A DNA stretch of 64,000 bases from Candidatus Woesearchaeota archaeon. Lineage in GTDB: Archaea > Nanobdellota > Nanobdellia > Woesearchaeales > GW2011-AR9. Of this stretch, positions 45,863 to 55,793 are shown piece by piece (position 1 is the first letter of the stretch; every line of letters begins with the position of its first letter). The notes under the pieces were generated by a model. The model had not been told where the DNA came from, did not search any database, and saw nothing but the letters and a program-made list of their open reading frames with translations. The stretch is taken from assembly GCA_016181265.1 (NCBI GenBank), contig JACOZP010000006.1, forward strand, positions 19,962-83,961. The letters run 5' to 3'. Both the position numbers and the translations under genes were made by a program.

Positions 45863-46966
45863 TCATTCTGTGGAGAATTGGAAAATATATGGTTGAGATG
45901 GCCCGCGATAGGAAACACGATCTGAAGTGGGAATCCATTCTCCAAAATGAAGCGCGGGGAGATATAATTTCCCTTGATGAAATTCAAGATTAGGTTCTAT
46001 GTGCCAATCCCCAGAATAACCATCCTCAGGGATTCCTTCAATCGGGGTTCTCTCTTTCAACTTCATATCAGAAGTATACGTTAAAATTTCGTTTCTGCTA
46101 CGAATGAAAACATTATCTTCACTAACAGCCAGACCAGAAACTAACCCCAGATCAGAACCCAGATTGTGCATCGTCAGCTCTCCATCGAAAGTTACACGGC
46201 CGACAGTGTTCCAATCCCTTTCCCCCCGAGATATCAGCGCAAGATATGCACCCGACGATCCAACAGCAAAATCAGAATAGCCACAAACAATACGACCGGG
46301 AATATCATCAGCTAACACACGTACAAAATTTCCTTCTAAATCGAATTCCTGCATTCTTCTCCCACCACAATCCGCAAGAATGAGTTTATCCTCAAAGGCA
46401 CAAATGAGAGGAATAACCTCAGACAAATTTACATCACCAGGATCAGCACCAGTTTTAAGAGTTTTCTTTAATGGATTCCCCTCTTTATCAAAAACTGCAA
46501 GACTTACATCAGTATTTTCAAAGTAGTGTCGTGGTCCAAAAAGAACAGAGGATTGTTGGTCAAGAATGAACAGACGATCGGCAGTGGCAGCTATGCTTGT
46601 TGGCTCCCAAAGATGATCTAAACTCTGACGAAGCCCACCAACAAATCTTTTCTGAGCGGGGAGAGTTACAAAGTTATACGTTGCTTGAAACGGAAGGGTT
46701 ACATAATGTCCAAGTATCTTCAGAGGGTCTACCCTACCCGTTCCATCTTCAAATGGATTGAGACCTCTGTAGAGGTGACTAGGCCGCTGCAATTGATAAT
46801 CGCGACCGAATTCTTTGACAAGTTTTCCATCTTTGTCCAAAAGATCAAGGTAGAATTCCTCGTGATCTTGAGGGAACGTGACTTTTAGACCAACAATCCG
46901 CTCAGCAGAGACAGAAATCTCATAATAGCGACTGGGAACTTCCAACATTTTTTCTAAGCGAAGCAT
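45863..46966 (-). CDS. Hypothetical protein (possibly beta-propeller)
   Basis: 367-aa ORF with repetitive beta-strand-like segments; no firm motif. Confidence 0.4.
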   Translation of the reverse strand: MLRLEKMLEVPSRYYEISVSAERIVGLKVTFPQDHEEFYLDLLDKDGKLVKEFGRDYQLQRPSHLYRGLNPFEDGTGRVDPLKILGHYVTLPFQATYNFVTLPAQKRFVGGLRQSLDHLWEPTSIAATADRLFILDQQSSVLFGPRHYFENTDVSLAVFDKEGNPLKKTLKTGADPGDVNLSEVIPLICAFEDKLILADCGGRRMQEFDLEGNFVRVLADDIPGRIVCGYSDFAVGSSGAYLALISRGERDWNTVGRVTFDGELTMHNLGSDLGLVSGLAVSEDNVFIRSRNEILTYTSDMKLKERTPIEGIPEDGYSGDWHIEPNLEFHQGKLYLPALHFGEWIPTSDRVSYRGPSQPYIFQFSTE

Positions 46967-47013
46967 GTTTTACTCTCAATGTGAGATGAAGTTTAAAATT
47001 ATTTCGCTGTTTT

Positions 47014-47101
47014 AGTAAATGACATAACTAAGTTATAATCGCCTTGTCATTTACTATCTAGTGAGCGACCAGTTTCAATAGTTTTCTTTCGTCGCTCACT
47101 A
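47014..47101. repeat. Two adjacent 11-bp-stem hairpins in the intergenic region
   Basis: AGTAAATGACA-20 nt-TGTCATTTACT (47014-47055) and TAGTGAGCGAC-21 nt-GTCGCTCACTA (47059-47101). Confidence 0.7.
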
Positions 47102-47107
47102 TTTTGA

Positions 47108-47962
47108 TTACAATAATTTCTTCTCGTGATGTCCAATCTTCTTTTGCTCTTCTGTCTTCTCTAAGAAATTCTCGTTCGAAACGACACTCTTCCCCAATTT
47201 ATGCTCAATATCTCTTCTCGTCGCTCCTGCAACATCTCCTCCATCTCTGGCATCTTTCTTTAACTCTGGGAATTGTTGCGAATCTCTTTCTTTTGTCAGC
47301 CGAGAAGTAGTGGCTTCGCCTAACATTGTAAGGATCAGTTCCATGTCATCCATATGATCTCTCAGATTTTCTCGTTTCAAACCTTTAAAGTTCTTATATT
47401 CAGTAGGATTCATGTTGAAAGTTGCTTTACTTATTTCTGCGGTGAGGATTGCAAACTCTCTCTCAGTTTGAGCTCCGCGATTCTTCCATTGGTCTGTCAA
47501 TTCATCTCGTATTGCTATCCCTCTCACACGTTTCTCGATCCAACTATCAGAGTAGCCTTTAGCTCTGTATGTCTCTTTCATCCGCTGTTGGGCTAATTCC
47601 GGATTCTCGATTTCTTGAACACGTTCGTACCCCACTTTTGCCAACCAGAGTTTAAACGGTTCTGCTTTCGGGGAAGGAATGGATTGGATGATCCGAAAAA
47701 GAGCCTCAGTATTAGCACAATCGGTCTCATATTTTTTACCATCCGCAGAGGGTAATTTCAGTTGTCGACAAAATGTCGATAACTCAATACCACTTGATCC
47801 TAGTTCTCTTTTCTTCAATCGATACCAATAATCTTTAGCATCTACACTTTCCGTAAGTCCGGCTACAACATCAATTACTGAAAAATACCATTCGTTGTTA
47901 TGCCAAATCTTACGAATATGTTGACCTTCAAAGACGGAGAGTTGAGTAGGAGTCGTTTTCAT
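47108..47962 (-). CDS. BRO-N domain protein (DinD / phage antirepressor-like)
   Basis: LSVFEGQHIRKIWHNNEWYFSVIDVVAGLTES is a BRO-N signature; helical C-terminal half. Confidence 0.7.
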   Translation of the reverse strand: MKTTPTQLSVFEGQHIRKIWHNNEWYFSVIDVVAGLTESVDAKDYWYRLKKRELGSSGIELSTFCRQLKLPSADGKKYETDCANTEALFRIIQSIPSPKAEPFKLWLAKVGYERVQEIENPELAQQRMKETYRAKGYSDSWIEKRVRGIAIRDELTDQWKNRGAQTEREFAILTAEISKATFNMNPTEYKNFKGLKRENLRDHMDDMELILTMLGEATTSRLTKERDSQQFPELKKDARDGGDVAGATRRDIEHKLGKSVVSNENFLEKTEEQKKIGHHEKKLL

Positions 47963-48100
47963 GAGGATATTAAGAAAGAAGGAGGTATATAAGTTTCACC
48001 CGCACTTGTCCAGTGACCAGTGGAAATTCATAGTCTCCTGTTTCTAAAGATTTATATATTATTGTTTTTCAGGAAAATAGAAAGAAACGGGGTTGTGTAT

Positions 48101-49516
48101 ATGGAAAGTAATAATACTGATTTTAAAGTGAAAGATATCTCCCTTGCGGAATGGGGAAGAAAAGAAATTCTGATTGCTGAAAAAGAAATGCCGGGCCTGA
48201 TGGCGCTGCGAGAAAAATATGCCGTACAGAAGCCACTCAAAGATGTAAAAATTACCGGTTCCTTGCATATGACCATCCAGACTGCAGTATTAATTGAAAC
48301 ATTAGCAGCCCTAGGAGCGCAAGTCCGCTGGGCTTCTTGTAATATCTTCTCAACACAAGATCATGCTGCTGCTGCAATTGCCAAAGCTGGAATTCCAGTT
48401 TTCGCTTGGAAAGAAGAGTCACTTAAAGAATATTGGTGGTGTACACTTAAAGCATTAACGTTCCCCGATGGAAGCGGGCCAAATCTTATTGTTGATGACG
48501 GCGGAGATGCTACGCTCATGATCCACAAAGGAGCAGAAATCGAAAAGAACCCGAGCCTCTTAGAAAAAGATTATAGTTCAGAAGGAGAAGATTTTCAAGA
48601 ACTGATCAAATCTCTTCAGGAAACGTTTGCAAGCGAAAAAGATAAATGGACAACAGTGGCAAGAGAAGTTAAAGGTGTATCTGAAGAAACAACAACTGGC
48701 GTTCATCGGCTATATCAAATGATGAAAGAGAAAAAACTACTCTTCCCTGCAATTAATGTGAACGATTCTGTCACCAAATCAAAATTTGATAATCTGTATG
48801 GGTGCCGTGAGTCTCTCGTTGATGGGATTAAACGCGCTACGGATGTTATGCTCGCGGGAAAAGTCGCAGTTGTTGCAGGCTACGGAGATGTAGGAAAAGG
48901 CTGTGCACAATCCCTACGGGGATATGGTTGTCGTGTTTTGATCACAGAAATCGATCCGATCAATGCTCTGCAGGCCACGATGGAAGGTTACGAAGTCAAA
49001 AGAATGGATGACGCCGCAAAAGAAGGAGATATTTTTGTGACGACGACTGGGAATACGAGCATATTAATGGACAGACACTTCTACTCTATGAAAGACCAAG
49101 CAATTGTCTGTAACATCGGCCATTTTGACAATGAAATTGATATGAATTGGTTGACCAAAAAATCCGGCGCAAAAAGAGAGCAGATTAAACCACAATATGA
49201 TAAATATATTTTTCCAAACGGAAAAGAGATTTATGTCCTCGCCGAAGGAAGGCTAGTTAACTTGGGTTGTGCCACTGGTCACCCTTCGTTTGTGATGAGT
49301 TCCTCATTTACAAATCAAGTGTTAGCACAGCTTGAACTTTGGAAAAATCATTATCCTGTCGGAGTATATATTCTTCCTAAGAAATTAGATGAAGAGGTTG
49401 CTCGGCTTCATTTACATAAGCTGGGTGTGCAGATTGACGAGTTGACAGACAAGCAAGCGGCATATCTTAATGTTGCAAAAGAAGGGCCGTATAAAGCAGA
49501 TCATTATCGGTATTAA
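48101..49516 (+). CDS. ahcY: Adenosylhomocysteinase
   Basis: Start at the ATG at 48101, with a TTTATATATT box about 40 nt upstream. [30 protein letters not shown]. Confidence 0.95.
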   Translation: MESNNTDFKVKDISLAEWGRKEILIAEKEMPGLMALREKYAVQKPLKDVKITGSLHMTIQTAVLIETLAALGAQVRWASCNIFSTQDHAAAAIAKAGIPVFAWKEESLKEYWWCTLKALTFPDGSGPNLIVDDGGDATLMIHKGAEIEKNPSLLEKDYSSEGEDFQELIKSLQETFASEKDKWTTVAREVKGVSEETTTGVHRLYQMMKEKKLLFPAINVNDSVTKSKFDNLYGCRESLVDGIKRATDVMLAGKVAVVAGYGDVGKGCAQSLRGYGCRVLITEIDPINALQATMEGYEVKRMDDAAKEGDIFVTTTGNTSILMDRHFYSMKDQAIVCNIGHFDNEIDMNWLTKKSGAKREQIKPQYDKYIFPNGKEIYVLAEGRLVNLGCATGHPSFVMSSSFTNQVLAQLELWKNHYPVGVYILPKKLDEEVARLHLHKLGVQIDELTDKQAAYLNVAKEGPYKADHYRY

Positions 49517-49518
49517 AG

Positions 49519-50529
49519 ATGGAAGAAGTAATCTCTGCTTTACGTACACCAAAAGCATATCCTCATCGAACCACGGAGGTAAAGAAGATAACGACAGCAA
49601 TCTCTCATGTTTTTCTTACCGGAGATTACGCCTATAAGCTCTGCAAGCCAGTAAATTTTGGCTTTTTAGATTTCTCTAATCTCGAAAAAAGAAAAAAATC
49701 ATGCGAAGATGAAATTGCGTTCAACTCCCTCATCTCCCCCGAACTCTACCTCGGCCTCTCCACCATCAATCAAGACGAATCAGGAAAGATTACCATCGAT
49801 GGCAAAGGAAATATCATCGAATATGCGGTGAAGATGAAGCAGATGGATCCGGAGAGCACAATGAACAATCTTCTGAGAGACCAGAAAGTCACCACAGAAA
49901 ATATTGTCCAATTGGCAAAACAAATCCATCAATTCCACCAGAAAGCGCCGGAAGATGAGGAAATTCGTTCTTACGGCAAATTTGAAACCGTAAAATTCAA
50001 TTGGGATGAAAATTTTCAGCAGACAGAAAAATACAAAGACGTGTTAATTCCGACAGAAACGTTCACCAATATCCAACAAAAGATACACTCATTCCTCGGA
50101 AAAAAACAAGAACTGATCAACCTGCGCGTCCAGAAAAAGAAAATCAAACATTGTCATGGAGACTTTTATTCCAGCAACGTCTTTATCAATGATGATAAGA
50201 TTCACATCTTTGACGGCATTGTTTTCAACAAACGTTTTCCTTGTTCAGATATCATCGCCGAAATTGCGTTCATGGCGATGGATTTAGACTATCACAAACA
50301 AGAATCCCTTGCCAAAACTTTCATCGAAGAATATCAAAAATTAAGCGGCGATAATGATATCCCAAAATTAATAGACTTCTATAAATGCTACCGAGCGTAT
50401 ATTCGCGGAAAGATTGCTTGCTTCACGTATGACGATCCAAATCTTAGTACAGAAGAAAAAGAGAAGACGAAACAAACTGCTCAAGAGTACTTCCAACTTG
50501 CAGAAAGATACGCTCAGCACTTCCTCTGA
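49519..50529 (+). CDS. Phosphotransferase/kinase of the APH/ChoK superfamily
   Basis: HCHGDFYSSNVFI (HxDxxxxN catalytic loop) and IFDGI (DxG-like). Immediately follows ahcY. Confidence 0.6.
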   Translation: MEEVISALRTPKAYPHRTTEVKKITTAISHVFLTGDYAYKLCKPVNFGFLDFSNLEKRKKSCEDEIAFNSLISPELYLGLSTINQDESGKITIDGKGNIIEYAVKMKQMDPESTMNNLLRDQKVTTENIVQLAKQIHQFHQKAPEDEEIRSYGKFETVKFNWDENFQQTEKYKDVLIPTETFTNIQQKIHSFLGKKQELINLRVQKKKIKHCHGDFYSSNVFINDDKIHIFDGIVFNKRFPCSDIIAEIAFMAMDLDYHKQESLAKTFIEEYQKLSGDNDIPKLIDFYKCYRAYIRGKIACFTYDDPNLSTEEKEKTKQTAQEYFQLAERYAQHFL

Positions 50530-51545
50530 TGAGCATGCAATTCTAACGCAACTTCTTGGCATGCGGTTTGGTAATCCTTAAAATCTGTGATTGCTTTCTT
50601 ACGGGTAAAACCGCCGCTGTTGTTTCGGCCGCCGCCGCCTAACGCTCGACAAGCACCAACAATGTCAAAAGGTGATGCCTCATTTCCTAAAATAATATGA
50701 TTTCGATACGGCGCCCCAAAGAAGCAGACGATGGTATCGTAGTGGGAACCGTATCTCTCCCGCAAATACCGCGGAGCTGGTTTCTGAGAAAGAATCGGCG
50801 AAGCGCATGCAAATAAAACGCGAGCATTGTCTACCCGTGCGGGAAGAAGTGTTTTTTCCAATTCTGAGAGAGCTTCTGCTTTGTGCTGTTCATACTGACC
50901 ATAGATCTCGCCCCAAGGTTCATCGACAAGACCAAGATCTGTTGTGAGAACAGTCCTCTCTTTAAGACCAAAAGCCAACCCGAGAAGAAGATCATAATTC
51001 TCAGAAGCATTACCCAAAGCGATGATCCCCTCCAATTTATTACCTGCTAAAACAGCATCGTTAACATCTCCTGTACGGGCATAATCATGAGCTTGTGCGA
51101 TCTGTGCTAATTGCCGGAAGTAAGGATCTCCCAGAAGCTTATTGTGTCTTGCAATCTGCAGAGCGGCACATTGATTAGGACTATAGCTAACAAAGATCCC
51201 TTTATCATGCAGCCTCTTGGCATACGTCCTTGTCCCTTCGTGATGATCTATCCAATGCATAAAAGTCGTGGCCTCCCTCAACGGATCAAGAAGGCCTTTT
51301 TTCCCACGCCGTCGAAAATTAGCGGGGTTAAAATTAATATCAGCAACAAAAAGATTACAAGGATGACCTGCTTGAGCAATCTCAACGAAGGAAGGCAATT
51401 CGTCACTCAGCGTGTCGTATCGTAGAAAAGAGTGTCCAGCTGGCTCTTCTTTATATCCTTGTTCACAAAGCTGCCAAAGAAGAGCGTGAGAAATAACACC
51501 ATCCGGATCTTCTCCATGTGTAACGATGAACGGGCTGCAGACCAT
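50514..51545 (-). CDS. DHH/DHHA1-family phosphoesterase
   Basis: THGEDPDGVISHA, VADINF, WIDHHEG, GGGGRNNSGGF. Confidence 0.7.
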   Translation of the reverse strand: MVCSPFIVTHGEDPDGVISHALLWQLCEQGYKEEPAGHSFLRYDTLSDELPSFVEIAQAGHPCNLFVADINFNPANFRRRGKKGLLDPLREATTFMHWIDHHEGTRTYAKRLHDKGIFVSYSPNQCAALQIARHNKLLGDPYFRQLAQIAQAHDYARTGDVNDAVLAGNKLEGIIALGNASENYDLLLGLAFGLKERTVLTTDLGLVDEPWGEIYGQYEQHKAEALSELEKTLLPARVDNARVLFACASPILSQKPAPRYLRERYGSHYDTIVCFFGAPYRNHIILGNEASPFDIVGACRALGGGGRNNSGGFTRKKAITDFKDYQTACQEVALELHAHQRKC

Positions 51546-51597
51546 AAACCCGTTAAAATCGCCGTGGTTTTAAAAGATTATCTTAAAAAAAGTATAA

Positions 51598-52152
51598 TTA
51601 GATACGTTTTAGTTTCTTGATTGTTTGATAAAAGATAAGAGAACCAATTAGAGAAAAGATAATGGAATCATTGATCAACGTCGAGACAGGAAATTCAGTG
51701 TAAAAGAAAAATTTCATCAAAGAGAAAAGAATTAATAGCATAATTAGTTCTATGAAAAAAATAATGATAATGGCTTTCTTTGTCCCGAAGCGGAGAGCTA
51801 TCTTTACCCAACCTTTTCTAGTAAAGAGATCAAAGAACATTAATTTCTCATCTTTTGCGGCCAAAGCAATACCTTCTGTCTCCTCCGTTTGCGCTCGCAT
51901 CGACTTCCCAAAACGAAAGAGAGAGATAAGTACAACTAAAAGAAAAAGAAGAGCAAAAGGAACAAAGTAACCCAACAATCCACAGGCGAGAGAGATAACT
52001 AAAATGACGTTGATGATCACTGCCCAAAGATAATAAGTTTTTAGCAACTTGGTGTTCACCGAAGTAAACTTAACCATATTTCTAACAAGAACTCCACCAA
52101 AAAAGACTAAAGCAAAGACAAACAGCCAGAATCCATCTGCAAATACCATCAT
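51598..52152 (-). CDS. Membrane protein, hypothetical
   Basis: 184 aa, 5-6 hydrophobic segments. Confidence 0.45.
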   Translation of the reverse strand: MMVFADGFWLFVFALVFFGGVLVRNMVKFTSVNTKLLKTYYLWAVIINVILVISLACGLLGYFVPFALLFLLVVLISLFRFGKSMRAQTEETEGIALAAKDEKLMFFDLFTRKGWVKIALRFGTKKAIIIIFFIELIMLLILFSLMKFFFYTEFPVSTLINDSIIFSLIGSLIFYQTIKKLKRI

Positions 52153-52167
52153 CTCTTAAAACTAAGA

Positions 52168-53232
52168 TTATTTAAAAACATTTCTCATCGCTTCTTCAAT
52201 CTCTTCTTCAACAGGCGTGCGTAGAGGTCTCTTCTCACCACCCATCTTAATTATTGAGGAGGTGGCAGAAGGTTTTGCAGAAGGTGTTTCTTTCTTTGCT
52301 TCATGAGTTTCATGATATTTTACCGACCACATTTTATCTTTGACCATTTTCTGAAGATCATCCAAATTATAATCCGGCTGTTTTGGCTGCCACAGCATCC
52401 CTTGTAGAACATCACCTTGAAAGCGAGGTAAGACATGGACACACAATCTTCCTTCCGGATTATCATCACTAAAACCAGACTTCAGAAGAATATTCGTCCC
52501 CTGCGCCCCCATGCCATCAAATAATGCCGAAGCAGCAAATGATGCGACAAAGAACAGATGTGTACTATCCTCTTGCGACAACTTACCGATGTCTCGTTCT
52601 TCCATTTTATTATACACTTCGATATGTCCAGGAACAACACTTTTTTGCGGAAGAATACATAAGACCTTCTCATCTTGATATAAGATGGGGGCATCTCGCT
52701 CGAAAGATTGAAGAAACGCAGGAGTCTTCTCATCACCAGTATGCCACACCCGAGGATTTTTTATGAAATAATTTTGCATTAAACCCAATAATTGTCCCTG
52801 TACTTTTCCTACCTGTTCTGAAGAAAGACTCTTTCCGGATTTAAACAAGAAGTGATAAAATCCATCTCCTCTCTCACGAGGAAAAAGATGCCCCAGGAAA
52901 TGAGGAAACTGCTGTCCCGCAGCACCACCATTAGAGATAAACAGATTGATTCCCGTTGCCACCATCGCCGATTGGATCGCTCTACTGAGCGCTGGAACAA
53001 GACCAAAGAAATGCGCAAACTCTTCCGCCGGGATTAACGGCACGATGGGATAATGTTCTTTTAATGTAAAAACAGTATGCCCCTTCTTGGCAGGATAGAT
53101 ATCTAAGATCCCAAGCGTCACTGCATCTTCAAAGACAACCTTGCCAGGGATTTCTTTTGCGACAATTCTGCAGTAGACACACTGTTTCTTCTGTTCAGCT
53201 AATTGTGCTTTGATTTCGGGTGCGAGGGACAT
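52168..53232 (-). CDS. Tandem HIT-like domain protein with degenerate histidine triads
   Basis: Domain 1: CVYCRIV...GAAGQQFPHFLGHLFPR. Domain 2: ...RLCVHVLPRFQGD. The canonical HxHxHxx triad is reduced to HxxxH and CxH. Confidence 0.6.
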   Translation of the reverse strand: MSLAPEIKAQLAEQKKQCVYCRIVAKEIPGKVVFEDAVTLGILDIYPAKKGHTVFTLKEHYPIVPLIPAEEFAHFFGLVPALSRAIQSAMVATGINLFISNGGAAGQQFPHFLGHLFPRERGDGFYHFLFKSGKSLSSEQVGKVQGQLLGLMQNYFIKNPRVWHTGDEKTPAFLQSFERDAPILYQDEKVLCILPQKSVVPGHIEVYNKMEERDIGKLSQEDSTHLFFVASFAASALFDGMGAQGTNILLKSGFSDDNPEGRLCVHVLPRFQGDVLQGMLWQPKQPDYNLDDLQKMVKDKMWSVKYHETHEAKKETPSAKPSATSSIIKMGGEKRPLRTPVEEEIEEAMRNVFK

Positions 53233-53307
53233 GGATGAGAAATTATAATTCTTCTATAAGAATGTTTCCGTAGTGAAGATGATAGACAATAATTGTCCAA
53301 AAAGAGA

Positions 53308-53832
53308 TCATCTAAACAGTTCTTCTTTCCCCTCCACTCGATCACCACAGAGTTCAGGAATGATAGTACAATCAACAGATAAACCGACAGCAGATAAGCT
53401 ACGATAGGCTAGATGAGAATACTCATCAACGCACACAGATGAAACTTCACCAAAAGCTTCAATAGTAACTTTAGAACTACGTAGTACTTCGGGAAAGATT
53501 TGAGGAACAGGACACTCAAGGTCAGTTCTCGTTTTAAAGCGTGATCCTAATATTGCACAACCCCTAGCCGCAAGGGACTCACTTAAAGCACATCCTAAAT
53601 TAAATTTAATCAAGAGAACACGATAATGTTCATGGTCGGCATACATCGAAAAACGATTGAGATAGAGCTGAGTGAGGGCATCAGCATATCCGCTTGCAGA
53701 AATCTTCCTTTCGGAGAGAAAGGGGATCAAAGCGCGATACCAGGTTTGGAATACTCCACGACGTTCACGGTCAGCATACGGAAAACCATAATACGGGTGA
53801 ATCAGTAAATCAAGAGTTATTTCTTCATTCAT
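53308..53832 (-). CDS. Hypothetical protein
   Basis: 174-aa ORF, no motif. Confidence 0.4.
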   Translation of the reverse strand: MNEEITLDLLIHPYYGFPYADRERRGVFQTWYRALIPFLSERKISASGYADALTQLYLNRFSMYADHEHYRVLLIKFNLGCALSESLAARGCAILGSRFKTRTDLECPVPQIFPEVLRSSKVTIEAFGEVSSVCVDEYSHLAYRSLSAVGLSVDCTIIPELCGDRVEGKEELFR

Positions 53833-53871
53833 TTGTTGGAGAACACAACCAAACTAAAAACCAAGAGAACT

Positions 53872-54807
53872 TTATTTCTTCTTCGTCTTCTCGACGTTCT
53901 TGCCTAACTTCAGCTTCTTGATCAATTCCTTGTAGCGATTACGAATAGTCACTTCGGTGACGCCAGCGACATCTGCTACCTCGCGCTGCGTTCTTTTCTC
54001 GCCATGAATTAATGAAGAAACATACAATGCTGCCGCAGCAATACCCGTTGGACCTCTTCCAGATGTCAGTTCAATATCACGTGCCATCTCCAAAATCTCT
54101 ACTGCCTTCGACTGCGATTCTGGACTCAATTTCAATGCGGATGCAAAGCGCGGGATATAATCAGCAGGATTGCTAGGCTTAATGCTAATTCCAAGCTCAC
54201 GCGTCACAAAACGGTATGTCCGCCCGATCTCTTTCTTTTCGATACCAGAGGCTTCACCCATTTCATCTAATGTTCGCGGAATCTCATGTCTTCGACAAGC
54301 CGCATACAATGCCCCGGCGATAACTGATTCCATTGATCTGCCACGAACTAATCCTTTCTGCACTGCTTGACGATAGATCGTTGCTGCCTCTTCTTCGACT
54401 GAGCGTGGCAGACGCAAGAAAGAACTAACCCGCTTCAATTCCGCCAGAGCAACTTTTAAGTTTCGTTCGATCGCTGTACTTATCCGGATGTTCCACTTTC
54501 GCAGACGGAAGAACCGATCACGTTCTTTATCCGAACTTAATTTGTAGAAATCTGAAGTTGTTCCCACTTCCGTTCCTAGACCTTGGTCAAACTGGGTCTG
54601 AGACGTAGGTGCTCCGGTACGACGCTTGCTTGCTCCACCATCTTCTTCAAAATCGCGCCATTCCTGTGAGAAATCAACCATCCGATCTTCGATAACAAAG
54701 CCACAATCGCGGCAAATCGTCTCCCCTTTCTCTACGTCGCGGAAAATATTCTTACTTGCACATTCCGGACATTCTTTCAATGTTTTTCTGATCATTGTCT
54801 GCACCAA
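53872..54807 (-). CDS. tfb: Transcription initiation factor IIB (TFB)
   Basis: Zinc ribbon CPECAS...CRDCG plus two cyclin-like repeats. GTG start 8 nt after AGGTGAT; an alternative ATG lies at 54795. Confidence 0.95.
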   Translation of the reverse strand: MVQTMIRKTLKECPECASKNIFRDVEKGETICRDCGFVIEDRMVDFSQEWRDFEEDGGASKRRTGAPTSQTQFDQGLGTEVGTTSDFYKLSSDKERDRFFRLRKWNIRISTAIERNLKVALAELKRVSSFLRLPRSVEEEAATIYRQAVQKGLVRGRSMESVIAGALYAACRRHEIPRTLDEMGEASGIEKKEIGRTYRFVTRELGISIKPSNPADYIPRFASALKLSPESQSKAVEILEMARDIELTSGRGPTGIAAAALYVSSLIHGEKRTQREVADVAGVTEVTIRNRYKELIKKLKLGKNVEKTKKK

Positions 54808-54978
54808 GAATCCATCACCTAAGAGTTAAGTTTAAATATCCATTTCTTTAATGGTTTATAAATATTTCGGAAATTTGGTGAACAATGAAAGCAAGTCTTA
54901 GATCTTAGCGCCGATTTATCTCTCCAAATCCAGATTGTAGAAACATTTATATAGGCAAAAAGTTTCATTTTACCCAAG

Positions 54979-55140
54979 ATGTTTGCAAGAAGAGGGCAGT
55001 TAGGATTCATAGAATTCAAATACTTGATGGCAGGTCTTTTCTTCGGCATTATCATCGGTCTTGTTCTTATCTACTTAGGAACAAAAGGGATTATCCCTTT
55101 CAGTATTCCTTATGCTTGTCCCGCGGTGAAACCAATATGA
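54979..55140 (+). CDS. Small membrane peptide, 53 aa (family member 2; below track cutoff)
   Basis: CATTTATATAGG box about 27 nt upstream. MFARRGQLGFIEFKYLMAGLFFGIIIGLVLIYLGTKGIIPFSIPYACPAVKPI. Confidence 0.45.
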   Translation: MFARRGQLGFIEFKYLMAGLFFGIIIGLVLIYLGTKGIIPFSIPYACPAVKPI

Positions 55141-55277
55141 AGAAAGGGCAGCTTGGGATTATTGAATTTAAGTATTTTATGACTGGTCTTTTCATTGGTC
55201 TGATTGCCATCATCATCGTTGTTGGGTTAGGTTCTGCTGGTACAATTCCTTTTAAGATTCCTTTAGTTTGTGGATAA
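55137..55277 (+). CDS. Small membrane peptide, 46 aa (family member 3), ATGA-coupled to member 2
   Basis: MKKGQLGIIEFKYFMTGLFIGLIAIIIVVGLGSAGTIPFKIPLVCG; clear paralog of the preceding ORF. Confidence 0.45.
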   Translation: MKKGQLGIIEFKYFMTGLFIGLIAIIIVVGLGSAGTIPFKIPLVCG

Positions 55278-55323
55278 GAAAAAATAAGTTAATTATAAGA
55301 ATACGACCATTTTTGATGAGATT

Positions 55324-55716
55324 ATGGTTATTTACGCTTCTGGGGGAATGATCATCAGAGACGATGAAGTTCTTCTGATCAAAAGAAGATCTTCCTCATT
55401 CGATAACTATTGGTCAAACCCCGGCGGTAAAGTTAGGGAAAGAGAAAGTCTAGAAGATACAGTACGGAGAGAATTACGAGAAGAACTTGCAATTGAAGTC
55501 GAAATCTGTAGGAAATTAAGTGATTATTTCGATTTCCAACGAGGGGGATTAGTGGGGATTTATTCGGGTTATGAAGTTAAAATCATCGCTGGCATCCCGA
55601 GAATAAATGAACCGAATAAAATCCGAGACGTGCGCTATTTTCCCATAAACCATCTCCCACAAAAAATAGCACCGTATACATTACAATATCTTGATGATCT
55701 TAGACGAATCGGATAA
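55324..55716 (+). CDS. NUDIX hydrolase
   Basis: Nudix box GGKVRERESLEDTVRRELREELAI. Confidence 0.8.
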   Translation: MVIYASGGMIIRDDEVLLIKRRSSSFDNYWSNPGGKVRERESLEDTVRRELREELAIEVEICRKLSDYFDFQRGGLVGIYSGYEVKIIAGIPRINEPNKIRDVRYFPINHLPQKIAPYTLQYLDDLRRIG

Positions 55717-55793
55717 CCTATCTATATCCACCAGCAACGAAAACATTATATAACCAAAAGCTAGACAGACCAGCATAAAATTGAGGTGGAATT

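Noticed and set aside
27625-47962. A prophage or integrated virus, suggested by the lambda-type lysozyme domain and the BRO-N gene.
   Set aside because: There is no integrase, terminase, capsid or portal gene, and I saw no att-like flanking repeats. The two genes are 16 kb apart and separated by housekeeping genes.
54819-55055. 78-aa minus-strand ORF.
   Set aside because: It covers the TFB promoter region and is antisense to the conserved small-peptide gene at 54979.
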